From NCBI GenBank assembly GCA_963828695.1, contig CAWHFS010000001.1, forward strand, positions 967,824-1,031,823: a DNA stretch of 64,000 bases. Direction: 5' to 3'. Shown here piece after piece: positions 1 through 9,106 of this stretch; position 1 is the stretch's first letter; every line of letters begins with the position of its first letter. Source of the DNA: an uncultured Alphaproteobacteria bacterium (GTDB lineage: Bacteria > Pseudomonadota > Alphaproteobacteria > Rhizobiales > Xanthobacteraceae). The notes beneath the pieces were generated by a model. The model made no database searches. It worked only from the letters and a program-made list of their open reading frames with translations, and was not told the DNA's origin. The translations under genes were made by a program, and so were the position numbers.

Positions 1-534
1 GAGTATATTGTTGGTCGTCATGCCGTATTTCAGGCAGTGCACACCGCCCGAATTTTCCGCCACATTGCCGCCGATGGTGCAGGCGATCTGTGAAGATGGA
101 TCGGGCGCATAATAGAAGCCGCTATCCGCCACTGCGTTGCTTATTGCGAGATTGGTGACGCCGGGCTCTACCACCACCACCCGATTGCCGAAGTCGATGT
201 CCCTGATCCGATTGAATTTGGCCATGCCGAGCAACACCCCGTCGGCCAGCGGCATTGCGCCGCCCGAGAGTGAAGTGCCGGCCCCACGCGGCACCACCTT
301 GATGCCCTCGCCATGGCAATAGCGAAGCAGCTCCGACACCTGCTCGGTGGTGTCGGGCAACACCACAACCATGGGAAGCTCGCGGTAGGCAGTCAGCCCG
401 TCGGACTCAAACGGCCTCATTTCGCGTTCGCCGGAGATAACGCCCTCGCCGGGCACGATGGCGCGCAAGGCTGCCACAATACGCTCGCGTCTCGCGAGCA
501 CAGCATTATCCGCCTCAGGCATCCGTAACGACAT
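1..534 (-). CDS. glcD: FAD-linked oxidase, glycolate oxidase subunit GlcD (N-terminal part; runs off the window edge)
   Basis: Manual translation from ATG at 534: MSLRMPEADNAVLARRERIV...VVPRGAGTSLSGGA...FYYAPDPSSQIACTIGGNVAENSGGVHCLKYGMTTNNIL. These are FAD-binding PCMH motifs. Absent from the ORF track because there is no stop in the window. Confidence 0.9.
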   Translation of the reverse strand, partial: MSLRMPEADNAVLARRERIVAALRAIVPGEGVISGEREMRPFESDGLTAYRELPMVVVLPDTTEQVSELLRYCHGEGIKVVPRGAGTSLSGGAMPLADGVLLGMAKFNRIRDIDFGNRVVVVEPGVTNLAISNAVADSGFYYAPDPSSQIACTIGGNVAENSGGVHCLKYGMTTNNIL

Positions 535-696
535 TCGGGCAATTCCCGGCTGTTTAGTCCGGCGCAACGATACCAGCCAATTGACGGTTGACACATAGGG
601 CTGGCAAATGCATTTCGAAACAGGGCTCGATTGACGGTCCCACGCCAAAAGGCGGCATTTTGGGCGACGGCGAAACGTCACAATGGGAGCGAAGCG

Positions 697-1083
697 ATGA
701 AGTCAGTACTTGTGGTAGCGGCCGTGGCCATTGCGGCTGTGGCACAGGCGGCACACGCGCAGGACGTGGCCGCGGGCGAGCAGTCGTTCAAGAAATGCTT
801 CCCCTGCCACTCCGTCGGCGAGGGCGCCAAGAACAAGGTCGGCCCCGAACTGAACGGCCTCGACGGCCGTCATTCCGGCTCCGCCACCGATTACAGCTAT
901 TCCCCCGCCAACAAGAACTCCGGCATTGTCTGGAGCGAGGCTACATTCAAGGAATACATCAAGGACCCGCGTGCCAAGATCCCGGGCACAAAGATGATCT
1001 TCCCCGGCATCAAGAACGAGAAAGAGGCTGACAATCTGTGGGCCTATCTCAAGCAGTTCGGCCCCGACGGGAAGAAGAGATAG
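697..1083 (+). CDS. cycA: Class I cytochrome c (cytochrome c2/c550)
   Basis: Signal peptide ending AHA-Q, CFPCH heme motif, KVGPELNG and the GTKM axial Met motif. Start moved to ATG 697 after GGGAG. Confidence 0.9.
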   Translation: MKSVLVVAAVAIAAVAQAAHAQDVAAGEQSFKKCFPCHSVGEGAKNKVGPELNGLDGRHSGSATDYSYSPANKNSGIVWSEATFKEYIKDPRAKIPGTKMIFPGIKNEKEADNLWAYLKQFGPDGKKR

Positions 1084-1138
1084 CCATTTGCTGCAATATG
1101 CGGGTGCTCAGCCGGGAAATCAGGGCCAACTCCCGCAT

Positions 1139-1152
1139 TTGACTTTGGTCAA
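1139..1152. promoter_or_regulatory. FNR/FixK-type box upstream of the usp gene
   Basis: TTGA-CTTTGG-TCAA matches TTGA-N6-TCAA, about 70 nt before the USP start. Confidence 0.7.
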
Positions 1153-1224
1153 GGACATGAAATTCGATGGCTGGCACAATATTATTTATTCAAGTTCAAC
1201 AGCTCGAGCAGGAGAAATGCAGTC

Positions 1225-2052
1225 ATGATCAAGGATATTATCGTCAATCTCGGGCTTGGTGCCAAGGATCCGGCCGGCGATTTTGCCGTTTCGGTCGCGG
1301 ATACTTTCAGGGCGCACGTGTACGGCGTCGCATTCGCATACGACCCGATAATCCCGGGTACGGTCATGGGCGGCATTCCTCCGGAATTTATTGAATCGCA
1401 ACGCGCGGAATCGGAACAGAAGGCGCGTGCGGCCATCGCCCGGTTTGAGAAGGCAGCGTCGGCCGCGGGTGTCTCGGCCGAGAGCCACATGTTGACCGCA
1501 AGCGTTTCCGGCGCCGCTGATCAGCTCGGCCGCCTGGGACGACGCTTCGATCTGGTTGTCGTTGGACAGCCTGATCGGGAAAAATCGACCCCCGACGAAC
1601 TGGTGGATGAAGGCGTGCTGTTTGAATCCGGTCGGCCGGTAATTTTCGTGCCATTCATTCAGAAAGCCGGTCTCAAGCTCTCCAGGATCATGGTGTGCTG
1701 GGATGGCAGCCGCGCCGCTACCCGCGCCATCGCCGATTCCCTGCCGTTCCTGCAAAAGGCCAAGCAGGTCGAAATCGTCATGGTCGCCGGCGGCAAGCCT
1801 AAGAGCGACGAAATTGCCGGCGCCGATCTCGGTCAGCATTTGGCACGGCATGGGCTGAAGGTAGACGTGAAACGCATAACCTCGCCGGACATCGACGTCC
1901 CCTCCACGATCCTGTCGTATGCGGCGGATTCCGGCGCCGATATGATCGTGATGGGCGGTTACGGGCATTCGCGCCTGCGCGAATTCATTCTGGGCGGCGC
2001 CACTCGCGGATTGCTCGAGTCGATGACCGTGCCGGTGCTGATGTCGCACTGA
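1225..2052 (+). CDS. Universal stress protein (tandem USP domains)
   Basis: 275 aa. DLVVVGQ, RIMVCWDGSRAATRA and C-terminal DMIVMGGYGHSRLREFILGGATRGLL. Confidence 0.92.
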   Translation: MIKDIIVNLGLGAKDPAGDFAVSVADTFRAHVYGVAFAYDPIIPGTVMGGIPPEFIESQRAESEQKARAAIARFEKAASAAGVSAESHMLTASVSGAADQLGRLGRRFDLVVVGQPDREKSTPDELVDEGVLFESGRPVIFVPFIQKAGLKLSRIMVCWDGSRAATRAIADSLPFLQKAKQVEIVMVAGGKPKSDEIAGADLGQHLARHGLKVDVKRITSPDIDVPSTILSYAADSGADMIVMGGYGHSRLREFILGGATRGLLESMTVPVLMSH

Positions 2053-2093
2053 CGAGGTCACAAACGGACACGCTGAACGAACGCCACGTCGTC

Positions 2094-2597
2094 TTGCGCG
2101 ATGGAACGCGGGTGCTGCTGCGCCCGCTTCGCGTGGCGGACGCGGCGCTCTACCCGGATTTTCTCAATGAGGTGACGCCCGAAGATCTGCGGCTGCGCTT
2201 TTTTGCTACCATGCGCGAGGTCAGCCACGCTCTTATTGAGAAGCTCATCCACTACGACCCGGCACATGCCATGGCCTTCATCGCGATCGAGGAAAATACC
2301 GGCCGCATGCTTGGCGTTGTGCGCCTCCATTACGACGCCGAAAAGAACGGCGAATTCGCAATCCTGGTGCGCTCGAAACTCAAAGGGCGCGGGCTCGGCT
2401 GGCTCATGATGAAGCACATGATTGCCTGTGCCAAAGACAGACAGCTCAAGACGGTCCACGGGCAGGTGCTGGCGGAAAACTCGACCATGCTCATCATGTG
2501 CGAAGAGCTCGGCTTTCAAATTACCGACGATACGGGCGAGCGCGGTGTAAAACGGGTAACGCTGTCTCTCGATGAGGTGCCACTGCAGGCCTATTGA
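2094..2597 (+). CDS. GNAT N-acetyltransferase resembling the GNAT domain of Pat/YfiQ acetyltransferases (start uncertain)
   Basis: LRDGTRVLLRPL...LRLRFF...GEFAILVRSKLKGRGLGWLMM (acetyl-CoA binding motif A), VLAENSTML. No in-frame ATG. Confidence 0.8.
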   Translation: MRDGTRVLLRPLRVADAALYPDFLNEVTPEDLRLRFFATMREVSHALIEKLIHYDPAHAMAFIAIEENTGRMLGVVRLHYDAEKNGEFAILVRSKLKGRGLGWLMMKHMIACAKDRQLKTVHGQVLAENSTMLIMCEELGFQITDDTGERGVKRVTLSLDEVPLQAY

Positions 2598-3271
2598 GCG
2601 ACCGCGCGCTCTGTTGCCGCTCCCGGCAATCGGCATTGTGCCACCAGCCCGCGGGCGCGGGCATCGACGACACCGAGAGTGCGTAGCGCAAGCAGCGTCG
2701 CCGTCTGCACGGCTTCGCGCAGTCCCGCCGCACCGTCATGAAGTGGCGCCAGAGGTCCGAGCAATCCTTCGGTCAGTGCGCCGACGATAGCCGGCGCGGC
2801 AACCTGCACATCCACATCGGGAATATGACCGCCTTCAGTCGCAGCCTTGATGCGCAACTCCAACTCCGCGGCAAGCGATTGACGGAAATCCAGCCGCATG
2901 GCGTCGACTTGGGAGTCAACCGGCTCGCCGATGATCGCCCAGATCAGACGGCGCTCATTGAGCGCGCGCGCCGCGAAGGTGGCGATGCACGCGGCCAATG
3001 CAGACAGCGGCCCGGGTGCGGCGTCGCCTGCAGCCCGCATCGCCTCGAGTTCTCGACCGGCGACCGCTGCGACCAATTCGGCGATCAAATCGGTCTTGGA
3101 CGGAAAGTAGCGGTAGACCGTGCCTGCAGCGATGCCGGCACGCGCGGCGACGGCTGCGATTTGTACCGCTGCCATGCCGCCTTCAGCCGCCAATCCGCTC
3201 GCTGCGGCCAGGATTGTCTCCTCGCGCTCAGCGAGACGGCGGACGACGTTTTCGGTGCGCCGATAGGGCAT
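2591..3271 (-). CDS. TetR/AcrR family transcriptional regulator
   Basis: N-terminal HTH VQIAAVAARAGIAAGTVYRYFPSKTDL. Start moved to MPYRRTENV at 3271. Confidence 0.9.
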   Translation of the reverse strand: MPYRRTENVVRRLAEREETILAAASGLAAEGGMAAVQIAAVAARAGIAAGTVYRYFPSKTDLIAELVAAVAGRELEAMRAAGDAAPGPLSALAACIATFAARALNERRLIWAIIGEPVDSQVDAMRLDFRQSLAAELELRIKAATEGGHIPDVDVQVAAPAIVGALTEGLLGPLAPLHDGAAGLREAVQTATLLALRTLGVVDARARGLVAQCRLPGAATERAVAQ

Positions 3272-3279
3272 GACAACGA

Positions 3280-3295
3280 GTGAACGACAATTCAC
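3280..3295. promoter_or_regulatory. Candidate TetR autoregulatory operator
   Basis: Inverted repeat GTGAA-CGACAA-TTCAC 8 nt upstream of the tetR start. Confidence 0.4.
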
Positions 3296-3366
3296 GAGCA
3301 AGGTGCAAGGGTGCTTCTCTGCCGCCCCGCAGGCACCAGCGCGGGCGGGAAGGACAGCGGAGGGCT

Positions 3367-5073
3367 TTAACTGCGGTGCGTCCCCCTCGTGCCGCTGCTC
3401 CCCGCAAGCGATTTTTCGCGAATGGCGGTGAGCGTTGAGCCGGGCGCTATCGCATCCGGATCGATCTTCACGTGGATGATCGAAGGCTTTCCGGTGGCCA
3501 CTGCTTGAGCAAATGCGGACGGAAAATCCGAGGTCTTTTGCACGACCGCGCCAAAACCTCCAAACGCCATGGCATAGGCGACAAAGTCGGGATTATGCAG
3601 AGCGGTGGCGATCACACGACCCGGATATTCGCGCTCCTGATGCATGCGGATCGTGCCATAGATGCCGTTGTCGGCAAGCACGACGATCACAGGCAACCTG
3701 TATTGTACGGCAGTCGCAAAATCCTGTCCCGTCATCAGGAAATCGCCGTCGCCCGCGATACACACCACCGTTCGTTCGGGGTGCAGGGTTTTCATCGCCA
3801 CAGCGGCCGGAAAGCCATAGCCCATGGAGCCGGACGTCGCGCCTACCAGGCCGCCGTATTTTCGCACATAGTAGAAGCGATGGACCCAGGCCGAGAAATT
3901 GCCAGCACCCTGCGTGAGGATCGCATCAGCCGGCAGGTTTTCGCGCAGCCAAACCATGATTTCCCCAAGGTTGACAGCGCCTGGTTGCGGCGTCGCCTTC
4001 CCGGTCCAGGCCAGGTAGTCGGCATGGGCTGTATCGCTCTCACCACGCCACGGAATATCGTTCGGCGGCTGCAATCCTTCGAGCGCGGAGCTGAAGGCGG
4101 TCGGCGAGGCGTTTATGGCGAGATGCGGGTGATAGACGCGCCCGAGCTCGTCCGCGCCCGGATGCACATGCACCAGCTTCATCTGTGGCTCCGGAATATC
4201 GAGCAGCGTATAGCTCTGCGATGGCATCTCGCTCAAACGATCGCCGATCAGCAGCAACAGGTCGGCACCTTTGACGCGTGCCAGCAGTTTGGGGTTCGGG
4301 CCGATACCGAAATCGCCGGCGTAGCAGGGGTGGAGCGCCTCGAACAAGTGGCCGCGGCGAAATGTGGTCGCGATCGGCAACGCAAAGCGTTCTGCAAAAC
4401 GCGCCATCGCTGCGCAGGCACTTTCAGACCAGCGGCTGCCGCCGATAAGTGCGATTGGGCGTTTCGCCGCCCACAGCAGCTTTTGCAGGCGGCTCATGTC
4501 CGTTAGGCCCGGCCAGATCTCAACCGGCTCGAATGCACCGGCATTGGCCACGACTGCGCGATCGGTCAGCATGTCTTCCGGTAGTGCGATCACGACCGGG
4601 CCTGGCCGGCCATTGCATGCGATATGAAATGCACGCGATACGATCTCGGGAATGCGCGCAGGATCGTCGATTTCCGTTGCCCATTTGGCCAGTCCGCCGA
4701 ACACGGCGCGATAGTCGAGTTCCTGGAATGCTTCTCGCTCTCGCATCGACCGCGCCACCTGGCCGACAAACATGATCATCGGTGTCGAATCCTGACGGGC
4801 GATATGAATACCGGCCGAGGCATTGGTAGCGCCGGGACCGCGCGTGACAAAGCAGATGCCGGGACGCCCGGTCACCTTCCCCATGGCCTCCGCCATCATC
4901 GCGGCGCCGCTTTCATGACGACAGACCGTCAATTTGATGTCGCGATCAAAAAAAGCGTCGAGCGCGGCAAGGTAGCTTTCGCCTGGAACGCAAAATACGT
5001 GGCGAACTCCGTGGACCGTCAGCTGGTCGATCAGGATTTCGCCACCGGACCGCGTGCCGTCATTGCCGCGCAT
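3367..5073 (-). CDS. Thiamine pyrophosphate-dependent enzyme (acetolactate synthase large subunit-like)
   Basis: VFCVPGESYL, CRHESGAAMMAEA, TRGPGATNA, GSMGYG and the TPP motif GDGDFLMTGQD...NGIYGTIRMHQ. Confidence 0.92.
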   Translation of the reverse strand: MRGNDGTRSGGEILIDQLTVHGVRHVFCVPGESYLAALDAFFDRDIKLTVCRHESGAAMMAEAMGKVTGRPGICFVTRGPGATNASAGIHIARQDSTPMIMFVGQVARSMREREAFQELDYRAVFGGLAKWATEIDDPARIPEIVSRAFHIACNGRPGPVVIALPEDMLTDRAVVANAGAFEPVEIWPGLTDMSRLQKLLWAAKRPIALIGGSRWSESACAAMARFAERFALPIATTFRRGHLFEALHPCYAGDFGIGPNPKLLARVKGADLLLLIGDRLSEMPSQSYTLLDIPEPQMKLVHVHPGADELGRVYHPHLAINASPTAFSSALEGLQPPNDIPWRGESDTAHADYLAWTGKATPQPGAVNLGEIMVWLRENLPADAILTQGAGNFSAWVHRFYYVRKYGGLVGATSGSMGYGFPAAVAMKTLHPERTVVCIAGDGDFLMTGQDFATAVQYRLPVIVVLADNGIYGTIRMHQEREYPGRVIATALHNPDFVAYAMAFGGFGAVVQKTSDFPSAFAQAVATGKPSIIHVKIDPDAIAPGSTLTAIREKSLAGSSGTRGTHRS

Positions 5074-5087
5074 CGTCTTGCTCCGGA

Positions 5088-5429
5088 TCAGCGATGGATC
5101 TTCGGCATCGACAGCTTCGGCGCAAACGGCGCCGGTACCATCAGCACGTTGCGCTGTTGCACGACATTGCCCGCCTTGGCGTTCTCGGCAAGATAATGCT
5201 TCCAGTCGGGATCGGCCGCCATTTTTGCGCGCTTGGATTCGCGATCGCCCGCGCTCTCGTACACCCAGCCGTGCACCAGCGTGTTGAGTTCACCGCTCTC
5301 GGCCATCAGGTAATAAAGCGGTTCACCCATGTAGCGAAGCTGGACCGGATAGGCGAGTTCGCTGTAGAGCTTGACTTGCGCCGGCATTGTGCCGGGCCGG
5401 ACGGTATAGGTGCGATGGTCGATAAGCAC
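5088..5429 (-). CDS. NIPSNAP family protein
   Basis: 113 aa. DHRTYTVRPG...ESGELNTLVHGWVYESAGDRESKR...DPDW. Confidence 0.88.
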   Translation of the reverse strand: MLIDHRTYTVRPGTMPAQVKLYSELAYPVQLRYMGEPLYYLMAESGELNTLVHGWVYESAGDRESKRAKMAADPDWKHYLAENAKAGNVVQQRNVLMVPAPFAPKLSMPKIHR

Positions 5430-5528
5430 TGCATTACTCCCTGGCTTGGCCGCTGAGTACGGCGAAGCGCGGACTCTTCCGCTCCTGATGCGCCGCGGTC
5501 AATAGATTTTACGAAGGCATTTTCCGGC

Positions 5529-5575
5529 GCATGATTTTTTTCCCGAAAGCCAGTTTACGCATTTCAGGATCACGC
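5529..5575. repeat. Degenerate copy of a ~45-bp palindromic intergenic repeat
   Basis: Minus strand GCGTGATCCTGAAATGCGTAAACTGGCTTTCGGGAAAAAAATCATGC aligns by eye with the copy at 13636-13680. Confidence 0.6.
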
Positions 5576-5712
5576 ACTGCCGCGCTCAAGGCTTGTCGGG
5601 TGCACCGGCTTCCGAGCGTGTTCGGCTGGCTTTCGGTCGTGGGCAAGGATGCTGGCACTGCCGATCAGCGCCAGACGAATGCTTGGGGAAAATTCCCGAT
5701 CAGCCGGTTGGC

Positions 5713-6126
5713 TCAGGTCGCCGGCTCCACCGACACCACCGTGTAGGTGTGCATCTCGCCGTCCTCGTTGCGAATCGAGACATACTCGCCGGGCCGGAAC
5801 GCATGTGCTCCGAAACGGTAGCCGCTTTCATCGTCATCTTCGGCCGTCTCGTCGTAGTCGAATACCCAGCGCGCATGCTCGGGCCCGCCCGGCTTGTGCA
5901 CAAGAAAGCCGATTTCGTCGTCCTGGCTTTCCCAGAACCGGCGCACGCGGCAATGGTCGCGATTAGCCCGCCACAGCGTCACATCGATATGGTTCTTGTC
6001 GTCCAGGGGCGCGACGAATTCGTAACCGTGTCGCGGAGAACCGTTGGGAAAATCCTTGGAACGGGCGAGATTGAGCCTGATGCGTTTGAATGTATGCGGC
6101 AGAGTCGTCACGGCTTTGGCCTCCAA
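5713..6126 (-). CDS. Conserved-looking hypothetical protein, divergent from the APH/AAA gene
   Basis: 137 aa, natural-looking composition (RIRLNLARSKDFPNGS..HGYEFVAPLD, WVFDYD, YRFGAHAFRPGEYVSI). Lies next to an FNR box. Confidence 0.7.
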   Translation of the reverse strand: MEAKAVTTLPHTFKRIRLNLARSKDFPNGSPRHGYEFVAPLDDKNHIDVTLWRANRDHCRVRRFWESQDDEIGFLVHKPGGPEHARWVFDYDETAEDDDESGYRFGAHAFRPGEYVSIRNEDGEMHTYTVVSVEPAT

Positions 6127-6181
6127 TCGGCGAATAGTGCGTTTATCTGCTATACATGACTATATCCCGCAAACCAGCATA

Positions 6182-6195
6182 TTGATTTGGATCAG
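6182..6195. promoter_or_regulatory. FNR/FixK box in a divergent promoter
   Basis: TTGAT-TTGG-ATCAG, one mismatch to TTGAT-N4-ATCAA, between the starts at 6126(-) and 6250(+). Confidence 0.7.
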
Positions 6196-6249
6196 ACCGC
6201 GCGAATTTCGCCGGATCGATAGTGCCAGGATCGTGGAGGCGATAATGGG

Positions 6250-7782
6250 ATGACGCCCGGTGACCACACGCAGCAGGCGGTCATCGATTTCCTGGAACGG
6301 CCCGCCACCCATGGCGGCGTGCCGGTGCGGCGCATCGACACCCATGCCGCGGTGGTATTTCTGGCTGGCGAGCGAGCGCTGAAGATCAAACGCGCGGTGC
6401 GCTTTCCGTTCCTCGATTATTCGACATTGGCCAATCGCAGGGCCGCCTGCGAGGCCGAGATTGCCGTCAATCGTCCCTACGCCCCAACGATCTATCGCGG
6501 CATCACACCGATTACGCGCGCCGCGGACGGCACGCTTGCGATCGGTGGCACAGATGAACCGGTGGAATGGGCGGTCGTAATGCGCCGTTTCGACGAGGCG
6601 CAGACCCTCGATCACCTGGCGGACGCCGGCCGTATCGATAACGCGCTCGCCGATGCACTGGCGCGCGCGGTCAAGGACGCACACAACTCGGCGCCGGTGA
6701 CTGCGGATGCGCACTTTGCGGACGAACTTGCCAACGTAATCGCGCAGAACGATCGCGAACTGAGGGAGCAGCCCGAGTTGTTCGCATCGGCGGCGGTAAG
6801 CACTTTGACGAAGGCGGCACGCTCAAGCCTCAATCGCGTGCGTACGCTCCTTGCTGCGCGTGAGCGCGCCGGTTTGGTCCGGCGCTGCCATGGGGACCTG
6901 CATCTCGGCAATATCGTTCTGATCAACGGGGCGCCTGTGTTGTTCGACGCCATCGAATTCGATCCCCGTATCGCCACTGGCGACGTATTATACGATCTGG
7001 CCTTTCTGCTGATGGACCTGATCGAGCGCGGCCTCAGGCAAGCGGCCAATATCGTGCTCAATCGTTATTTGATCGAAACGCGCCGTATGGAAGATTTCGA
7101 CGCGCTCGCGGCGCTGCCGTTGTTCATGTCGCTACGTGCGGCGATCCGCGCCAAAGTCACAGCAACACGCGCCAGGCACAGCGCCAACCGCACCGAGCCC
7201 GAGCAAAGCGCGCGCGCCTATTTCGCGCTGGCACAATCGCTGATAACGCCGGCTGCGCCGCGCCTGATTGCCGTGGGCGGGCTGTCGGGCACCGGCAAGT
7301 CGCTGCTCGCTCGCGGGCTCGCACCATATGTCGCACCCCCTCCGGGCGCGGTGGTGCTGCGCAGTGATGTCGAGCGAAAAACCCTGTTTGGCATTGCGGA
7401 AGCCGGTCGGCTGCCGCAGTCGGCCTACGCACCCGAAATCACGGCGCAGGTCTATGCGGCGCTCAACGACAAGGCGCGACGGGTGCTGGATGCCGGTCAT
7501 TCGGCCATTGTCGACGCAGTGTTTGCCAAATCGTCAGAGCGCACCGCCGTATCGGTGGCAGCCGCAGACATTGATTTCCGAGGCCTTTATCTCACTGCCG
7601 ATCTCTCAACGCGTCTGAACCGTGTCGGCGAACGAACGCTCGACGCCTCCGATGCAGACGAGCGCATTGCGCGCGCTCAAGAGCAATACGACCTGGGCGT
7701 GATCGATTGGGAAACAGTTGATGCCTCCGGCAATCCCGAGACAACCCTGCGGCGTGCCCGCGCTGCGCTCGACCTCGTTTGA
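6250..7782 (+). CDS. Bifunctional aminoglycoside phosphotransferase-like kinase / AAA (gluconokinase-like) P-loop protein, Rv2004c-like
   Basis: N-terminal THAAVVFLAG..ALKIK, CHGDLHLGNI and FDAIEF. C-terminal Walker A GGLSGTGKS and LRSDVERK. Confidence 0.88.
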   Translation: MTPGDHTQQAVIDFLERPATHGGVPVRRIDTHAAVVFLAGERALKIKRAVRFPFLDYSTLANRRAACEAEIAVNRPYAPTIYRGITPITRAADGTLAIGGTDEPVEWAVVMRRFDEAQTLDHLADAGRIDNALADALARAVKDAHNSAPVTADAHFADELANVIAQNDRELREQPELFASAAVSTLTKAARSSLNRVRTLLAARERAGLVRRCHGDLHLGNIVLINGAPVLFDAIEFDPRIATGDVLYDLAFLLMDLIERGLRQAANIVLNRYLIETRRMEDFDALAALPLFMSLRAAIRAKVTATRARHSANRTEPEQSARAYFALAQSLITPAAPRLIAVGGLSGTGKSLLARGLAPYVAPPPGAVVLRSDVERKTLFGIAEAGRLPQSAYAPEITAQVYAALNDKARRVLDAGHSAIVDAVFAKSSERTAVSVAAADIDFRGLYLTADLSTRLNRVGERTLDASDADERIARAQEQYDLGVIDWETVDASGNPETTLRRARAALDLV

Positions 7783-7894
7783 GAGAAGCTATGCATTGGG
7801 CGGCCCGCTGCCCGCCGCCCTGCCCCATGGCACAATATGCAAAACCGGGGCATAGCTTCTCCACGAACAATTCCTGCCCCGCCGGGTCCCTGCG

Positions 7895-9106
7895 ATGAAC
7901 GCCGCTGCGTCACGCTCGAATTTTAACGTGCGCCAGTTGGCGGTCGGGCTTGCAGGATATTGTACCTTCATCAATCTCTATTCGCCGCAGGCGATCCTGC
8001 CGCTGCTGTCGGAAGAATTCGGCGCGGGAGCTGCCGAAATTTCCAACATCATGACCGCCAGCACGCTGGCGGTGGCCTTGACCGCGCCGTTCACCGGAAC
8101 GGTCGCCGACGTACTGGGGCGCAAGCGCGTGATTGTCACGGCAATGCTGCTGCTCGCGGTGCCGACGGCAATGGCAGCCATGGCGCCGACACTGTCAGCC
8201 TTGATATTCTGGCGTTTTGTGCAAGGACTGGTCATGCCGCCGGTCTTCGCCGTCACGATCGCCTATATCGGCGAGGAGTGGCCAAGCCACGAGGCGACCG
8301 CTGCCGCCGGCGTGTACACCTCGGGCGCCAGTCTTGGCGGTTTCAGTGGGCGGTTCTTTGCCGGCATCATCGCGGATCTCGCAGGCTGGCGCGCCGCGTT
8401 CCTGGTGCTGGCGGCGATGACGCTGGTCGGCGCGATTGCCGTCTCGGTACTGCTGCCGCGCGAACGCAAATTCGTGCGTTCGGAAGGTTTGCTCGCCTCA
8501 GGCAAGCAGATGCTGCGGCATTTTCGCAACGGCCAGCTGGTCGCGACCTACGCGGTCGGCTTCGGCGTGCTGTTCAATTTCATCGCGACCTTCACCTATG
8601 TCAGCTTCCGTCTCGCCGCTCCGCCTTACGACCTATCGGCGACGTGGCTGGGCGCGATTTTCGTGGTCTATTTGGTCGGCTCGGCGGCGACGCCGATGAC
8701 CGGCTGGGCGGTCGGTCGCTTCGGTCGACGCCGTTTCATGATCCGCATCATCGCGCTCTGGATCGGCGGCATCGTTCTCACGCTCGCCGGCCCGCTTTGG
8801 GCAATCGTGCTGGGGCTCGCACTCTGCGCCGGTTGCGGATTGATCTGCCAGGCAATCTCGACCGGCTATGTGACAATTACCGCCAAGGTCGGCCGCTCAT
8901 CTGCGGTAGGTCTCTATGTCACCAGCTTCTATATTGGAGGCAGTTTCGGCGCGGCACTCGGCGGCGTGGCCTGGACGATCGGCGGCTGGGAGGCCTGCGT
9001 CGCGATGGTGGCAACAATGCTTGCCGTCATGGCCGGTATCGTGTTCTTCGCCTGGGCACGCCGCGTGCCGGCCGCTCCCACGACCCCACCGATCGAGCCG
9101 CCCTAA
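7895..9106 (+). CDS. MFS transporter (YnfM-like)
   Basis: About 12 hydrophobic segments, NLYSPQAILP, and motif A GTVADVLGRKRVI. Confidence 0.9.
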   Translation: MNAAASRSNFNVRQLAVGLAGYCTFINLYSPQAILPLLSEEFGAGAAEISNIMTASTLAVALTAPFTGTVADVLGRKRVIVTAMLLLAVPTAMAAMAPTLSALIFWRFVQGLVMPPVFAVTIAYIGEEWPSHEATAAAGVYTSGASLGGFSGRFFAGIIADLAGWRAAFLVLAAMTLVGAIAVSVLLPRERKFVRSEGLLASGKQMLRHFRNGQLVATYAVGFGVLFNFIATFTYVSFRLAAPPYDLSATWLGAIFVVYLVGSAATPMTGWAVGRFGRRRFMIRIIALWIGGIVLTLAGPLWAIVLGLALCAGCGLICQAISTGYVTITAKVGRSSAVGLYVTSFYIGGSFGAALGGVAWTIGGWEACVAMVATMLAVMAGIVFFAWARRVPAAPTTPPIEPP

